64,000 nucleotides of DNA from an uncultured Ruminococcus sp. GTDB lineage: Bacteria > Bacillota > Clostridia > Oscillospirales > CAG-272. The stretch spans positions 65,029 through 129,028 of the forward strand of contig CADBKZ010000004.1 in assembly GCA_902795355.1 (NCBI GenBank). Reading direction: 5' to 3'. The position numbers and the translations under genes were made by a program. Under the pieces are notes generated by a model. It saw only the letters and a program-made list of their open reading frames with translations, was not told the DNA's origin and made no database searches. Within the stretch, counting starts at the first letter, position 1. Each line of letters starts with the position of its first letter. Positions 26,335 to 35,675 of the stretch are shown here, piece by piece.

Positions 26335-27567
26335 ATGAAAAAAATTGTTTCCGTTGCGCTCTGCTTGGTTCTTGCGGCGTTGTTCTGCTTTGGCGCCGCG
26401 GCCGAGGGCGCAACCACCGCGCTGACCGCCTACCAAAGCGGAACGCTGACCTTTGCCGAGACCACCGCGGGCGCGGAAGCCGCCTTTGACGGCGACAACA
26501 AAACCGCGTTCGCAGGCTCGATTACCGGCCGCTTCGCCAAAAGAAGCGTTCTGATGGGCGTCAGCGTTCGCGCGGGCAAAAAAATCCGCAATTTGCGCGT
26601 CCTCGGCTCCGAGGACGGCGCGGAATGGATGGAGCTGTTCTCCGCGGAAAAAATCAGCACCGTGGCGGTTTTCGGCTACAACGGCGCGCTCGACGAGGCG
26701 GGAGAGGAAAACTACGCTTCCAGCAACCTTTCCCAAATGTTTACCTACGCGCTCCGGTATCTGCGCGTGGAGTTGGAGTACGGCAGCATTGCCGAGCTGA
26801 CGCTCCGCGGCTATGAAACCGACGTAACGGGGAAACTTGCCCCGCTGGATCCGTCCTATGGCGACGGCAACGGCTGGACTTCCACAAGATCCTTTTATAA
26901 CGACGGCCGCACGCGATATGTGTTCGACCATTGCGTTGGAAGCGGCGACCACGGCGAAGCGTTCTTGGGGGACGCTACCGCGGAGCAGCACGCGTTTATT
27001 GCCGCGAAATTTGCGCTGACAACGCCCATGACCGCCCTCGCACTCCTGCATAAGAGCGAGGATAAGAACTACAACCGTTGGAACGGCATGATTGTGGACG
27101 TTTCCGCCGACGGCGAAACATGGGTCAACGCCTACACGTTCCCGAGCAACGCGGCCGATACCATGGCGTCCACCATCGCGGGCCGCGAAATGATGTTCTT
27201 CTATTTTTCCGGCGAGAATAACTATCGTTATGTGCGCGTAACGGGCGCAAAGTATTCGGCGGTCGGCATTTCCGAAATTGACGTTTACAACGCCGAACCC
27301 GAGGGAACCGCGCCCGTAAACGTGCTTTCAGGGTGGAACGGCGACCCCTACCAAGGCGAAGCCGCACCCGCTGAAAGCACAGAGAAAACGACCTTTGCAA
27401 CCGATCCCGTAACCGAGCCTGCCGCCACCGAGTCGGCGCCCGCAACCACCGCGGCGTCGGGCGGCAAGTCGTCGGGCGGGTGCGGAAGCATTGTAGGCGG
27501 CGCGGGCGTTCTGCTCGCGCTCGTCCCCGCCGCGTGCCTGCTCCCCCGCCGCAAAAAGCGGAAGTAA
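26335..27567 (+). CDS. Secreted protein with two discoidin (F5/8 type C)-like domains and a C-terminal GGCGS-TM-RRKKRK tail
   Basis: Signal peptide. AFDGDNKTAF and GISEIDVY type motifs. T/P/A-rich linker. The last 36 aa are SGGKSSGGCGSIVGGAGVLLALVPAACLLPRRKKRK. Confidence 0.65.
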   Translation: MKKIVSVALCLVLAALFCFGAAAEGATTALTAYQSGTLTFAETTAGAEAAFDGDNKTAFAGSITGRFAKRSVLMGVSVRAGKKIRNLRVLGSEDGAEWMELFSAEKISTVAVFGYNGALDEAGEENYASSNLSQMFTYALRYLRVELEYGSIAELTLRGYETDVTGKLAPLDPSYGDGNGWTSTRSFYNDGRTRYVFDHCVGSGDHGEAFLGDATAEQHAFIAAKFALTTPMTALALLHKSEDKNYNRWNGMIVDVSADGETWVNAYTFPSNAADTMASTIAGREMMFFYFSGENNYRYVRVTGAKYSAVGISEIDVYNAEPEGTAPVNVLSGWNGDPYQGEAAPAESTEKTTFATDPVTEPAATESAPATTAASGGKSSGGCGSIVGGAGVLLALVPAACLLPRRKKRK

Positions 27568-27790
27568 GCGCGCGCCGGAACCATCCGCGGCGGCAAAGCC
27601 GGAAAGAGCGGCGTTTACTGCCAAAGCCGGCAATGCCGCCGCGGATGAAACCGCAATGCCCCTTCCTTTCCCGCAAAAGGGCAGGGGCGGCATTTCCCGA
27701 AACATTCCCCAAACAGGATAAAAGAAAAATCGGCCTGCGCGGCCGGAAACTCAAAACACGAAAACAAAAAACAGACCGATACCACCAGAA

Positions 27791-27852
27791 CCCCCTTGGC
27801 GGGCGCAAGTTCGTTTTTGCGGACTTGCATACCCGTCAAGGGGGCTTTTTTT
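27791..27852 (+). terminator. Compound stem-loop plus T7 run
   Basis: CCCCCTTG (27791-27798) pairs with CAAGGGGG (27837-27844), enclosing inner hairpin GCAAGT/ACTTGC. TTTTTTT follows. Confidence 0.55.
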
Positions 27853-27883
27853 CGGAACAGGTTGGCGGAAAACGCCCGATTTG

Positions 27884-29155
27884 CTACGGTTCCCGCGCGC
27901 CGACGCGGCGGACGTCCGCGCCGAGCGATTGCAGCTTCGCTTCCAGATCGGGGTAGCCGCGGTCTATGTGTTCCACACCCGTAATGCGGGTGGAACCGCC
28001 GGCGCAAAGCCCCGCGATTACCATGGCCGCGCCAGCGCGCAGGTCGGTGGCGGCAACGTCGGCTCCCGTCAATTTCGCGCCCCCGCGAATGAACGCGCAC
28101 CGCCCGTCAACGCGAATTTCCGCGCCCATGCGGCATAGCTCGGGAACATAGCGAAAACGGCTTTCCCAAACATGTTCGCAAATGCGTCCGCCGCCCGAGG
28201 AAAGGCAGAGGAGCGGCGCGAATTGCGGTTGCATGTCGGTCGGGAAAAGCGGGTAGGGCAGGGCTTCAATGTCCGCGCCGAGCAGGGGAGACGTGCGGCA
28301 GAGCGTCAGGCGGTCGCCGGAGGCCGAGATCTGCGCGCCCATAGCGGTCAGCTTTTCGGAAACCGCCGCAAGATGGGCGGGGTCCACCGAGCGCAGCCGC
28401 AACCGCCCGCCCGTTCCGGCAACGGCGGCCATGTAGGTGCCCGCCTCAATCATGTCGGGAATGACGGCATGGCGGCAACCGCGCAATATTTTCGCACCGT
28501 GTATGCGAATTTCGGATGTTCCCGCACCGGAAATATCCGCACCGCATGCGTTGAGAAAGGCCGCGAGATCGGCCACATGCGGTTCGCGGGCAGCGTTTTC
28601 GATGACCGTGGTTCCCTCGGCCGTCGCGGCGGCGAGGATGCCGTTGAGCGTTGCGCCCACCGAGGGGAACGAGAGCCGGACGGCCGCGCCGCGCAATCCG
28701 CGCGGCGCGCGAACGCGGAGAAGGTTTGCATCCGGTTCGCATTCGGCGCCGAGCGCGGTAAAAATTCTGAAATGCTGATCCAGCGGGCGAACGCCGAAAT
28801 CGCATCCCCCGGGAAGACCCGTAAACGCGCGGCCAAAGCGGCCGAGGCATGCGCCGAGCAGGTAAGAGGAGCCGCGCAAGCGGGTGGTAAGGTCCGGCGG
28901 GACAGCGTCGGGATCAAGGTCGGCGGCATTCACGCGCGCCGTTGTCGGCGAGAGCATATCCACGCGCGCCCCCATAGCGGCGAGAATGCGGAGCGTGGTC
29001 TGAATGTCGGTCACGGGCGGCAGGTTTTCAATCGTAACCGAGTCGCGGACCAGAATCGAGGCAAACAGGATGGGCAGGGCGGCGTTCTTCATTCCGCAAA
29101 CGGTAATCTCGCCGGATAACCGCCTGCCGCCCCGAACGGTAATGAACGGGATCAT
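27884..29155 (-). CDS. murA: UDP-N-acetylglucosamine 1-carboxyvinyltransferase
   Basis: [27 protein letters not shown]. Active-site Cys context [15 protein letters not shown]. About 423 aa. Confidence 0.95.
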   Translation of the reverse strand: MIPFITVRGGRRLSGEITVCGMKNAALPILFASILVRDSVTIENLPPVTDIQTTLRILAAMGARVDMLSPTTARVNAADLDPDAVPPDLTTRLRGSSYLLGACLGRFGRAFTGLPGGCDFGVRPLDQHFRIFTALGAECEPDANLLRVRAPRGLRGAAVRLSFPSVGATLNGILAAATAEGTTVIENAAREPHVADLAAFLNACGADISGAGTSEIRIHGAKILRGCRHAVIPDMIEAGTYMAAVAGTGGRLRLRSVDPAHLAAVSEKLTAMGAQISASGDRLTLCRTSPLLGADIEALPYPLFPTDMQPQFAPLLCLSSGGGRICEHVWESRFRYVPELCRMGAEIRVDGRCAFIRGGAKLTGADVAATDLRAGAAMVIAGLCAGGSTRITGVEHIDRGYPDLEAKLQSLGADVRRVGAREP

Positions 29156-29337
29156 GGAGTTTCCTTTCCCGATCTCCGCCGCAAAAATGAATGGAAACGA
29201 CCGCTTTTCGCACATACAGTGCGCAAAAACGGTCGTTTTCTTTGTTTTTATCCTGTTTTTTGTCGAGGCGGAAACCGAATTGATCGATCATTACAGTTTA
29301 TGCCTCTTGGCGGAAACGGGTTCGGAAAACCCGATGG

Positions 29338-30450
29338 TTATTCGGTTGTAAATTGCGGCCGGTAATAGGCAACGGCAAGGTCCACCACCATGTCGTAGCT
29401 TTTCGACCCCTCTTTCGCGCCCTGCGATTGCAGATAAGCGTTGTTGGTCTTTTCGCTGATGGTTGCGGCAACGTTTTTGCGGAACTGTTCAAAAAACACG
29501 GCATATGCCCGCTCTTCCGAAACGGCGTTTTCGTCAAGTTCGGCATAGGCGGCGCGGTAGAGCGTCCGGTCGGCGGAATAGAGCGCGCCCGCAACGTATT
29601 CGTAAACATTGAGCAAACCGCTGTAACGGATATAGTCGTCGTCCGATGAAACGCAGACCAGAAACGCGATGAAATTCGCCTCGTCCTCGCGGGCAACGCC
29701 GCGTTGGTGCGCGAGTTCGTGCGCCGCCGTAAAGGGGATGCAGTAATCGGGAAACGCCACATTGACGTTTGCTTCCCCCGTAAAGAACGAGTACACGCCC
29801 GTGATGTGCGTGTAGGACATGGCATGGCTCAACATAACGGGCTTCACGCGGCTGTGGAAGCGGTCGGGAAAATCGCGGTTTTCGGTGAAGGCGTCGTAGG
29901 CGGCCATCAGTTTTTCGTTCATTTCCGAAAGGGAATAGGGCATGACCGACGCGCCGTTCGAGGCGATCAGCAACCGCTCGGCCAGCGGGTTGATCTCCTC
30001 GGTCAGCAGAACGGCGGTCCGGTAAAGATCGTCGGCCGAGACCTTTTCGCGCGAAAGGCCGAGTTTCCGGTCCAGCGCGGTTCCGTAATATCCGGCCGCG
30101 AAACACCAGACAAACAGAATTGCCACCACGCAAACGGCCGAGAGGAGACGGCCGAGGAACGAAAGCACGGTTTTCCGGCTTTGGGAATAGTATCTGACGG
30201 CGAGAAAAATCAGAAATCCAAGAATTACGGGCAAAAGCAGGATCAGCATTTCCGCGGCGGAAAACGGGAACCACCCCGTCAGCGCGGCGAGCGCGCGACG
30301 GAACCAACGGCTGATCGCGCGGTCAAATCCGTCGGCAAACGCGGGACTGCGCGTAAAAATCGCGTAAATAACCGCGCTGACGGCCGTTAGCAGATAGATT
30401 ACGACGCAGGCGCGCGGGAGACGTTCTCGGTTGCGAACGCGTATGTTCAT
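29338..30450 (-). CDS. DUF3810-like membrane zinc-metalloprotease-like protein
   Basis: N-terminal TM helices. HELAHQRG (HExxH) followed by EDEANF. ATGA overlap with the upstream rluA-family stop. Confidence 0.7.
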   Translation of the reverse strand: MNIRVRNRERLPRACVVIYLLTAVSAVIYAIFTRSPAFADGFDRAISRWFRRALAALTGWFPFSAAEMLILLLPVILGFLIFLAVRYYSQSRKTVLSFLGRLLSAVCVVAILFVWCFAAGYYGTALDRKLGLSREKVSADDLYRTAVLLTEEINPLAERLLIASNGASVMPYSLSEMNEKLMAAYDAFTENRDFPDRFHSRVKPVMLSHAMSYTHITGVYSFFTGEANVNVAFPDYCIPFTAAHELAHQRGVAREDEANFIAFLVCVSSDDDYIRYSGLLNVYEYVAGALYSADRTLYRAAYAELDENAVSEERAYAVFFEQFRKNVAATISEKTNNAYLQSQGAKEGSKSYDMVVDLAVAYYRPQFTTE

Positions 30451-31385
30451 GTCTGGCTCCTTTCGGGTTCGGAATCGGGATTGAAAAGCGGAAACAGGCC
30501 GGAGAGTAAGGCGGACATATCGGCGGGAATCGGCGCGGTAACGGCAACGGTCTCGCCCGTGGTCGGGTGCGGAAAGACGACCGAGCGCGCGTGGAGCATC
30601 TGGCGCGGCGCGCGGCCGTTCGGGATCCCGTAAAGGCTGTCCCCCGCAACGGGATGCCCGAGCGACGCGAAATGAACGCGCAGTTGGTGCGTTCTTCCGG
30701 TCAGCGGCTGCGCTTCCGCAAGCGAGCAGCCGTTTCCGCGCGCCAGAATGCGGTAGCGGGTGTATGCGGGCTCCGCGCCGGCGTCGTCCGGTCGGCAGGT
30801 CTGCCGGATGATGATGCTTTCGGCCGAGCGGCGGAGCGGGCGGTCAATGAATCCCTCGTCCGGCAGGGCGTCGCCTTCCAGAACGGCAAGATAGGTCTTT
30901 CGGATCAAACCGTTCTGCATCGCGGCGGTCAGGCGTCCCGCGGCGGGCTTGTTGCGCGCAATCAGCAGTACGCCGCTGGTGTCGCGGTCCAAACGGTTAA
31001 CGGGGCGAAAGACGAACGGGATCCCGAGCGAGCGGTAGCGGTAGGCAAGCGCGTTCGCAACCGTGTCGCGGTAGTGGTCGTGCGAGGGGTGCGTGGGCAT
31101 GAACGGCGGTTTGTCCGGAACCGCAACGTCGTCGTCCTCGTAGAGAACGGGCAGGGGAAGTTCCACAGCTTCCAGCGCGGGTTGGTCGACGCGGTCGGCA
31201 ACCGAGATCGCCAGCGTTTCCCCCGCGCGCAGGACATGGCGAACGGTTACGCGCCGACCGTCCACAAGGATCCCGTCGTTGCGGTATTTGAGAAATTTCA
31301 GCATTTTGGAAGAGAAGTCGGCATGCGCGGCGAGAAACGCGCGAACCGTGGAGCCGTTGTCGGCTTCCGTAATTCGGAATTGCAT
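30447..31385 (-). CDS. RluA-family pseudouridine synthase
   Basis: S4-like N-terminus. PDKPPFMPTHP. Catalytic VNRLDRDTSGVLLIA. THQLRVH. Confidence 0.9.
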   Translation of the reverse strand: MQFRITEADNGSTVRAFLAAHADFSSKMLKFLKYRNDGILVDGRRVTVRHVLRAGETLAISVADRVDQPALEAVELPLPVLYEDDDVAVPDKPPFMPTHPSHDHYRDTVANALAYRYRSLGIPFVFRPVNRLDRDTSGVLLIARNKPAAGRLTAAMQNGLIRKTYLAVLEGDALPDEGFIDRPLRRSAESIIIRQTCRPDDAGAEPAYTRYRILARGNGCSLAEAQPLTGRTHQLRVHFASLGHPVAGDSLYGIPNGRAPRQMLHARSVVFPHPTTGETVAVTAPIPADMSALLSGLFPLFNPDSEPERSQT

Positions 31386-31488
31386 GTCGTCCCCCTTTCC
31401 GGAATCGATGTGATGGTTTTATTATAACATTCCGGCCCACCGTTTACAAGGGAAAAGCGGCCGAATTTACAAAAAAATCAAAAAATGC

Positions 31489-31517
31489 TTGCAGAATGCG
31501 GAAATCTATGCTAAAAT
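31489..31517 (+). promoter_or_regulatory. Sigma-A-type promoter of the LRR lipoprotein gene
   Basis: TTGCAG-N17-TAAAAT with TGc extended -10. Confidence 0.55.
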
Positions 31518-31546
31518 AAAGAGAGAAAAACGAAAGGGAGATCTTT

Positions 31547-32749
31547 ATGAAACAGGTTTTGATCCTGCTTTGCGCTGTTGCGTTGTTGGCTTCCTGCGGC
31601 GCGGGACCGGCGGCTCCGGCAACCGACCCCGTCGGGCAAACCGCCCCGACCGCGACGCCGGACGTTCCCGATCCGACGCCGGATGACACCGACTATCCCG
31701 CTTTATTCGAGCGTTTGTTCGGGGATGTTCCGGTGAACGGCGAATCCGATTTTGCGTTTGCGGTGGAGAACGGAAGCGCGACCGTGACCGCGTATATCGG
31801 CGCAGGCGGCGCGATTCGTGTTCCCGATACCCTCGGCGGCGCGACCGTGACCGCGGTGGGAGACGGCGCATTTGCGGGAAGAGACGACTTGGAAACGCTG
31901 ATTTTGCCGGATACCGTAACCGATTTCGGGAGCGGGGTCCTCGCGGGGACCGCGCTTGCGGCGTTGCGCACGCCGTTTCCGCTGTCGGTCGGTTATCTGG
32001 GCTTTTTGTGGGGAGCCGCGCAATATCTCGAAAACAGCCAGCCCGCGCTCCGTTCGCTGAAATATCTGGAACTTCGCACCCATCCGGATGCCGACGCGGC
32101 GTTCTGCCTGCCCCCGCACGCGCTCTACGAATGCAACGATCTGGTTGCCGTTCATTTGCCAAACGCGGCGAAGGTCGGAGAATACGCGTTCTGCCATTGC
32201 GAAAGCCTGCGTTATGTGAACGCGGGGGTGATCGCCGAAATCGGCGCGCACGCGTTTGATTCCTGCTTTGAATTGAGAACGCTGGCGTTCGGAGAGGGAC
32301 TTTCCCGCATCGGGTTTGCCGCGCTGCGCGATTGCAGCAGCCTTACTGATCTGACCTTGCCGTTTCTCGGAGAAACGCGGGAAGAAAACACCTATCTCGG
32401 GTATCTTTTCGGAGCGGAAACGGTCGGGTTTTCAAGCGGGTTCTATTCGCCGGTTCTTCGCCGCGTTACCCTGACGTCGGGGTGCGCCGTGTTGCCGGAT
32501 TTTGCGCTGTATGAATGCCGTTCCCTTCAAGCGGTATTCCTGCCCGAAACGCTGACCGCCGTCGGCGCGCGCGCTTTGAGCGGATGCACGTCGCTGACCT
32601 CGCTGGCGTTTCCCGCTTCCTGCGCGTCCATCGGCGACGCGGCTTGCGCGGGGTGTATCTCGTTGCGCTCGGTCACATACGCGCCGTCCGCCGAAATCGG
32701 CGTCAACGCGTTTCTCGGCTGCCCGCTCGATTCCCGAACCGCCGGCTGA
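31547..32749 (+). CDS. Lipoprotein with BspA-type leucine-rich repeats
   Basis: MKQVLILLCAVALLASCG lipobox. Repeated IPDTVT.IG..AF..C..L..I.LP units. Confidence 0.8.
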   Translation: MKQVLILLCAVALLASCGAGPAAPATDPVGQTAPTATPDVPDPTPDDTDYPALFERLFGDVPVNGESDFAFAVENGSATVTAYIGAGGAIRVPDTLGGATVTAVGDGAFAGRDDLETLILPDTVTDFGSGVLAGTALAALRTPFPLSVGYLGFLWGAAQYLENSQPALRSLKYLELRTHPDADAAFCLPPHALYECNDLVAVHLPNAAKVGEYAFCHCESLRYVNAGVIAEIGAHAFDSCFELRTLAFGEGLSRIGFAALRDCSSLTDLTLPFLGETREENTYLGYLFGAETVGFSSGFYSPVLRRVTLTSGCAVLPDFALYECRSLQAVFLPETLTAVGARALSGCTSLTSLAFPASCASIGDAACAGCISLRSVTYAPSAEIGVNAFLGCPLDSRTAG

Positions 32750-32766
32750 AAAATGAAAAAAGAAAA

Positions 32767-32800
32767 ACGGCGGGTCCGCATGGCGGAGCCGCCGTTTTTT
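32767..32800. terminator. Bidirectional terminator between the LRR gene and spoIIIAH
   Basis: ACGGCGGGTCCGC-ATG-GCGGAGCCGCCGT flanked by an A-run and T6. Confidence 0.65.
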
Positions 32801-32806
32801 CAACGG

Positions 32807-33427
32807 TTATTTGTTGATAATGGTAACGCCGGCGGGGGTGATTCCCGTGGTGGAGTACACAATCTCGTTGATCTGCGCGATCTGCGCGGGCTGTAACGCG
32901 TCCGATTTGACGATGATGCTCACGCTGTCCCCGTTGAGAACGGCAACGCATTGTTCAAACCCCTTGGCGGTGATCAGCGATTCCATGTCGGCCTCTTTGC
33001 GGATCTCTTCGGCAATGCCCGCAATGCCGGCGAGAGCTTCGTTTTTCATCTGCTCGCCCGCGTCAACGTTTTCCACTACCGATTGCAGAACTTCAAGGGC
33101 CTCGTCGCGGGCGCGCTGGCGGCTGACCTGCGTTGCGGAGAAGTAGGCGTCGGTGTTGTTGACCTGTGTGGCTTGGTCGGCGGTTTGCTCATCCGCAACG
33201 GTTCCGCTGGGCTGGTCGTAGCCTTGGTAGCCGGCGTTCTTGTTGCGGCTTCCGTTTGCGAAAAGCATCCAATTCAGCCAAACGGCGGCTCCGATCAGCA
33301 AAACCGACGCGGCGATAATGGCGTTGCGTTTGCCGATTTTTGCCATTACGCGGCGGAATTTATTCGGTTTCTTTTGCGGTTCTTCGGGTTGCGTCGTGGC
33401 GCTGATTTCGGTTTTTTCGGATTTCAT
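32807..33427 (-). CDS. spoIIIAH: Stage III sporulation protein AH
   Basis: Single TM. C-terminal YscJ/FliF-like region (DAYFSATQVSRQRARDEALEVLQ ... ITAKGFEQCVAVLNGDSVSIIVK). Last gene of the spoIIIA operon. Confidence 0.85.
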   Translation of the reverse strand: MKSEKTEISATTQPEEPQKKPNKFRRVMAKIGKRNAIIAASVLLIGAAVWLNWMLFANGSRNKNAGYQGYDQPSGTVADEQTADQATQVNNTDAYFSATQVSRQRARDEALEVLQSVVENVDAGEQMKNEALAGIAGIAEEIRKEADMESLITAKGFEQCVAVLNGDSVSIIVKSDALQPAQIAQINEIVYSTTGITPAGVTIINK

Positions 33428-33523
33428 GGGAAATTCCTCCTGTTTTTTCGTTTGGATTTGTTACACTATATGAAGCGGCTCGCGGGATTATTCCGTTTCC
33501 GAAAAAAAGATTCGGAACACCGT

Positions 33524-34030
33524 TTATTTTTTTGCTTCGGCAATGTAAATGCGGTTGCTCGGAACGCGGAATGCCGAGGAGAGCAGGGCGGTCAGTTCGC
33601 CGCGAATCGCAGGATCCCCGCCGCCGCGGCAGACCACGCCGATTCCCGCCACCTCGGGCGGTTTGCGCGAAATCACGAGAGCTTCGGCGTTCGATCCGCT
33701 CCCAACCGTGGCGTAAACCGTCGCGCCGTTTTTGGTTTCGGTGGCGTAAACCGTTTCAAATCCGCCCGCGAGCGTAACCGCCGCCCGAACGTTTCCCACC
33801 CCCGCAACCGAGGAGCAGAGCGCGGCGATCCGTTCTTCCAGCGAGGCGCGGTAGGCTTCCAGCTCTTCCTGCGTTGTTGGAATTTCCGCGCTCTCGGTCG
33901 CTTTTTTCGGCGAGGAGAACCACCCGCTGCCGATCAGGAGCAAGAGGATTCCCGCTCCCGCGCCGAGCAGAATGAACATGATTTTTTTGCGGCTTTGCTT
34001 TCCCGCGGGGGATCCGTCGTCGTTTTTCAT
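33524..34030 (-). CDS. spoIIIAG: Stage III sporulation protein AG
   Basis: TM segment then LEERIAALCSSVAGVGNVRAAVTL ... PPEVAGIGVVCRGGGDP. ATG at 34030 chosen (MKNDDG). Confidence 0.85.
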   Translation of the reverse strand: MKNDDGSPAGKQSRKKIMFILLGAGAGILLLLIGSGWFSSPKKATESAEIPTTQEELEAYRASLEERIAALCSSVAGVGNVRAAVTLAGGFETVYATETKNGATVYATVGSGSNAEALVISRKPPEVAGIGVVCRGGGDPAIRGELTALLSSAFRVPSNRIYIAEAKK

Positions 34031-34052
34031 AAGCGTTTTCCTTTCTTTTCCG

Positions 34053-34517
34053 TTATGCAATCGCGGTGTCGCAGGGACAGCCGAGCAGGTCGGCGACATA
34101 CTGTTCCAATTCGTGCGGATCGCGGAATCGCGCGCTTCCCGAAAGAATGAGCGTAATTTTCGAGGGGTGTGCTCCGGTTTCGTCCCAGCGAACGGCACAG
34201 GTAATTTCTTCCTGTTTCAGCGAAAATTTTTGCGCGATGTTTGCGCGCAGAGCTTGCGCGAAATAGGCGCGCGAGGCGTCGTCCAAAGCGGTTTGCGAGC
34301 GCGCCTCGAACGGTTCTTCCCCCGCGTTTTCCGAAAGGCGGTCGGGCAGATCGCGCAAACCTGCGAACGCGCGCGGCAGGGGCGCGGCGATTACGCAGAG
34401 AACCGCCAAGGAAGCGAGCAAACGAACATAGCGTCCCGCGCCTCCCTCGGGGGTCAGAACGCCGACCGCCGCCGCGAGGACCGCCGCGCCGAGCAGGGAG
34501 ATCAGATAAATTTTCAT
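34053..34517 (-). CDS. spoIIIAF: Stage III sporulation protein AF
   Basis: Two N-terminal TM helices, the right size and the right operon position. The sequence itself is weakly diagnostic. Confidence 0.7.
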   Translation of the reverse strand: MKIYLISLLGAAVLAAAVGVLTPEGGAGRYVRLLASLAVLCVIAAPLPRAFAGLRDLPDRLSENAGEEPFEARSQTALDDASRAYFAQALRANIAQKFSLKQEEITCAVRWDETGAHPSKITLILSGSARFRDPHELEQYVADLLGCPCDTAIA

Positions 34518-34526
34518 GTCCGCCCC

Positions 34527-35675
34527 CTATCCAACCGCCGCCCCGCATCGCACCAACAGCACGACCGAGAGAAACAAAACGGAAGAACATATGCAGGCGG
34601 CAGCCAAAAGATACCCGCAAAGCGAGGCGGTCTCGTCCAACAGTTTTTTTTCGGAAGAACAGCCGAGCAGGTCGGCAACCGAGGCCGCGATCTGCCAGCA
34701 GAATTGCGAGATCAGCAGATTGCCGACCATGGGGAAAAGGGAGAGAAAGATCAGCAACAGCGCGCAAACGCCCAGCGTTCCGCGCAGGTAGGAGACCCCC
34801 GCGCTGACCGTTCGCAGCAGCTCGGAAACCGACCCGCCCACCACGGGAATCAGGTTGCCCGCCGCAAATTTCGCGCCGCGCATGGCAAGGCTGTCCGCTC
34901 GGGCGGCAAGCGTGGTTTGAAAGCCGAGCATGGCGAGCAGGAGCGTCATCAGCCCCGCGAGGAAGGTGGTATAATGCTTTTTCAGCGAGGAGAGCAGGGA
35001 GCCGAGGCGCAGGTTGGGGTCCATTGCGCCAATTGCCGAAAACGCCATGCAGATCCCGCAAAACGGAACCACGCTGTTTCCCACCGCCTCTTCCGAAACG
35101 GTGAGATAAACGGTCAATCCGGCGGCGGAAGCGGTTGCGGCGGTCACATTCCCGCCCAACGCCCAAAGCGCCCCCGAAAGGGGGATCACCGCGCCCGTCA
35201 GCCGGTTGAGACGCTCAAAATAGGAAACGACCGCGCCGATCGCGCCATAGGCCTGTATCAAGAGCGAGGCAAGAATCGCGAGCGAGGACGCGAACGAAAA
35301 CGCGCGACCGACCGATTCGCTCCGGAAAGCGGAGCGGAGCGCGCCGAAAACGGCGGAAAGCAGAAGCAGACCCGCCACACGGCCGAGCGTTGCAAAATTT
35401 TCCCCGAGCGAGGAACCGAGCAGGGCGAGAACAGTTTTCAAAAGCCAAGAAAAATCGCTGATTTCGCGCGCCCCCGCCGCAATGTTTTCGGTGTCGCCGG
35501 AAAAAAGGCTGTCCGGCAACAGTTCGGCAATGTCCTCGGGGATTGCGTCGAGAAAATCGGTAAATTCATCGGGCGGTGCGTCGGTTTCGGCGGGTTCTTC
35601 CGCGGCGGCCGGTATCGCCCCGAAAAACACAAACAACAATACCGCGCAGAGCAGAGCGGCAGCGCGGGCGATCAA
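34527..35675 (-). CDS. spoIIIAE: Stage III sporulation protein AE
   Basis: Signal peptide plus polytopic membrane protein. TTG start at 35675 overlaps the spoIIIAD TGA (GGTTGATC). The longer 516-aa ORF would overlap all of spoIIIAD. Confidence 0.8.
   Translation of the reverse strand: MIARAAALLCAVLLFVFFGAIPAAAEEPAETDAPPDEFTDFLDAIPEDIAELLPDSLFSGDTENIAAGAREISDFSWLLKTVLALLGSSLGENFATLGRVAGLLLLSAVFGALRSAFRSESVGRAFSFASSLAILASLLIQAYGAIGAVVSYFERLNRLTGAVIPLSGALWALGGNVTAATASAAGLTVYLTVSEEAVGNSVVPFCGICMAFSAIGAMDPNLRLGSLLSSLKKHYTTFLAGLMTLLLAMLGFQTTLAARADSLAMRGAKFAAGNLIPVVGGSVSELLRTVSAGVSYLRGTLGVCALLLIFLSLFPMVGNLLISQFCWQIAASVADLLGCSSEKKLLDETASLCGYLLAAACICSSVLFLSVVLLVRCGAAVG

Noticed and set aside
29338-30450. 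Linking the DUF3810-like metalloprotease to processing of the GGCGS C-terminal signal at 27457-27567.
   Set aside because: The two are separated by murA and lie on opposite strands in a different operon with rluA. No evidence exists beyond proximity.
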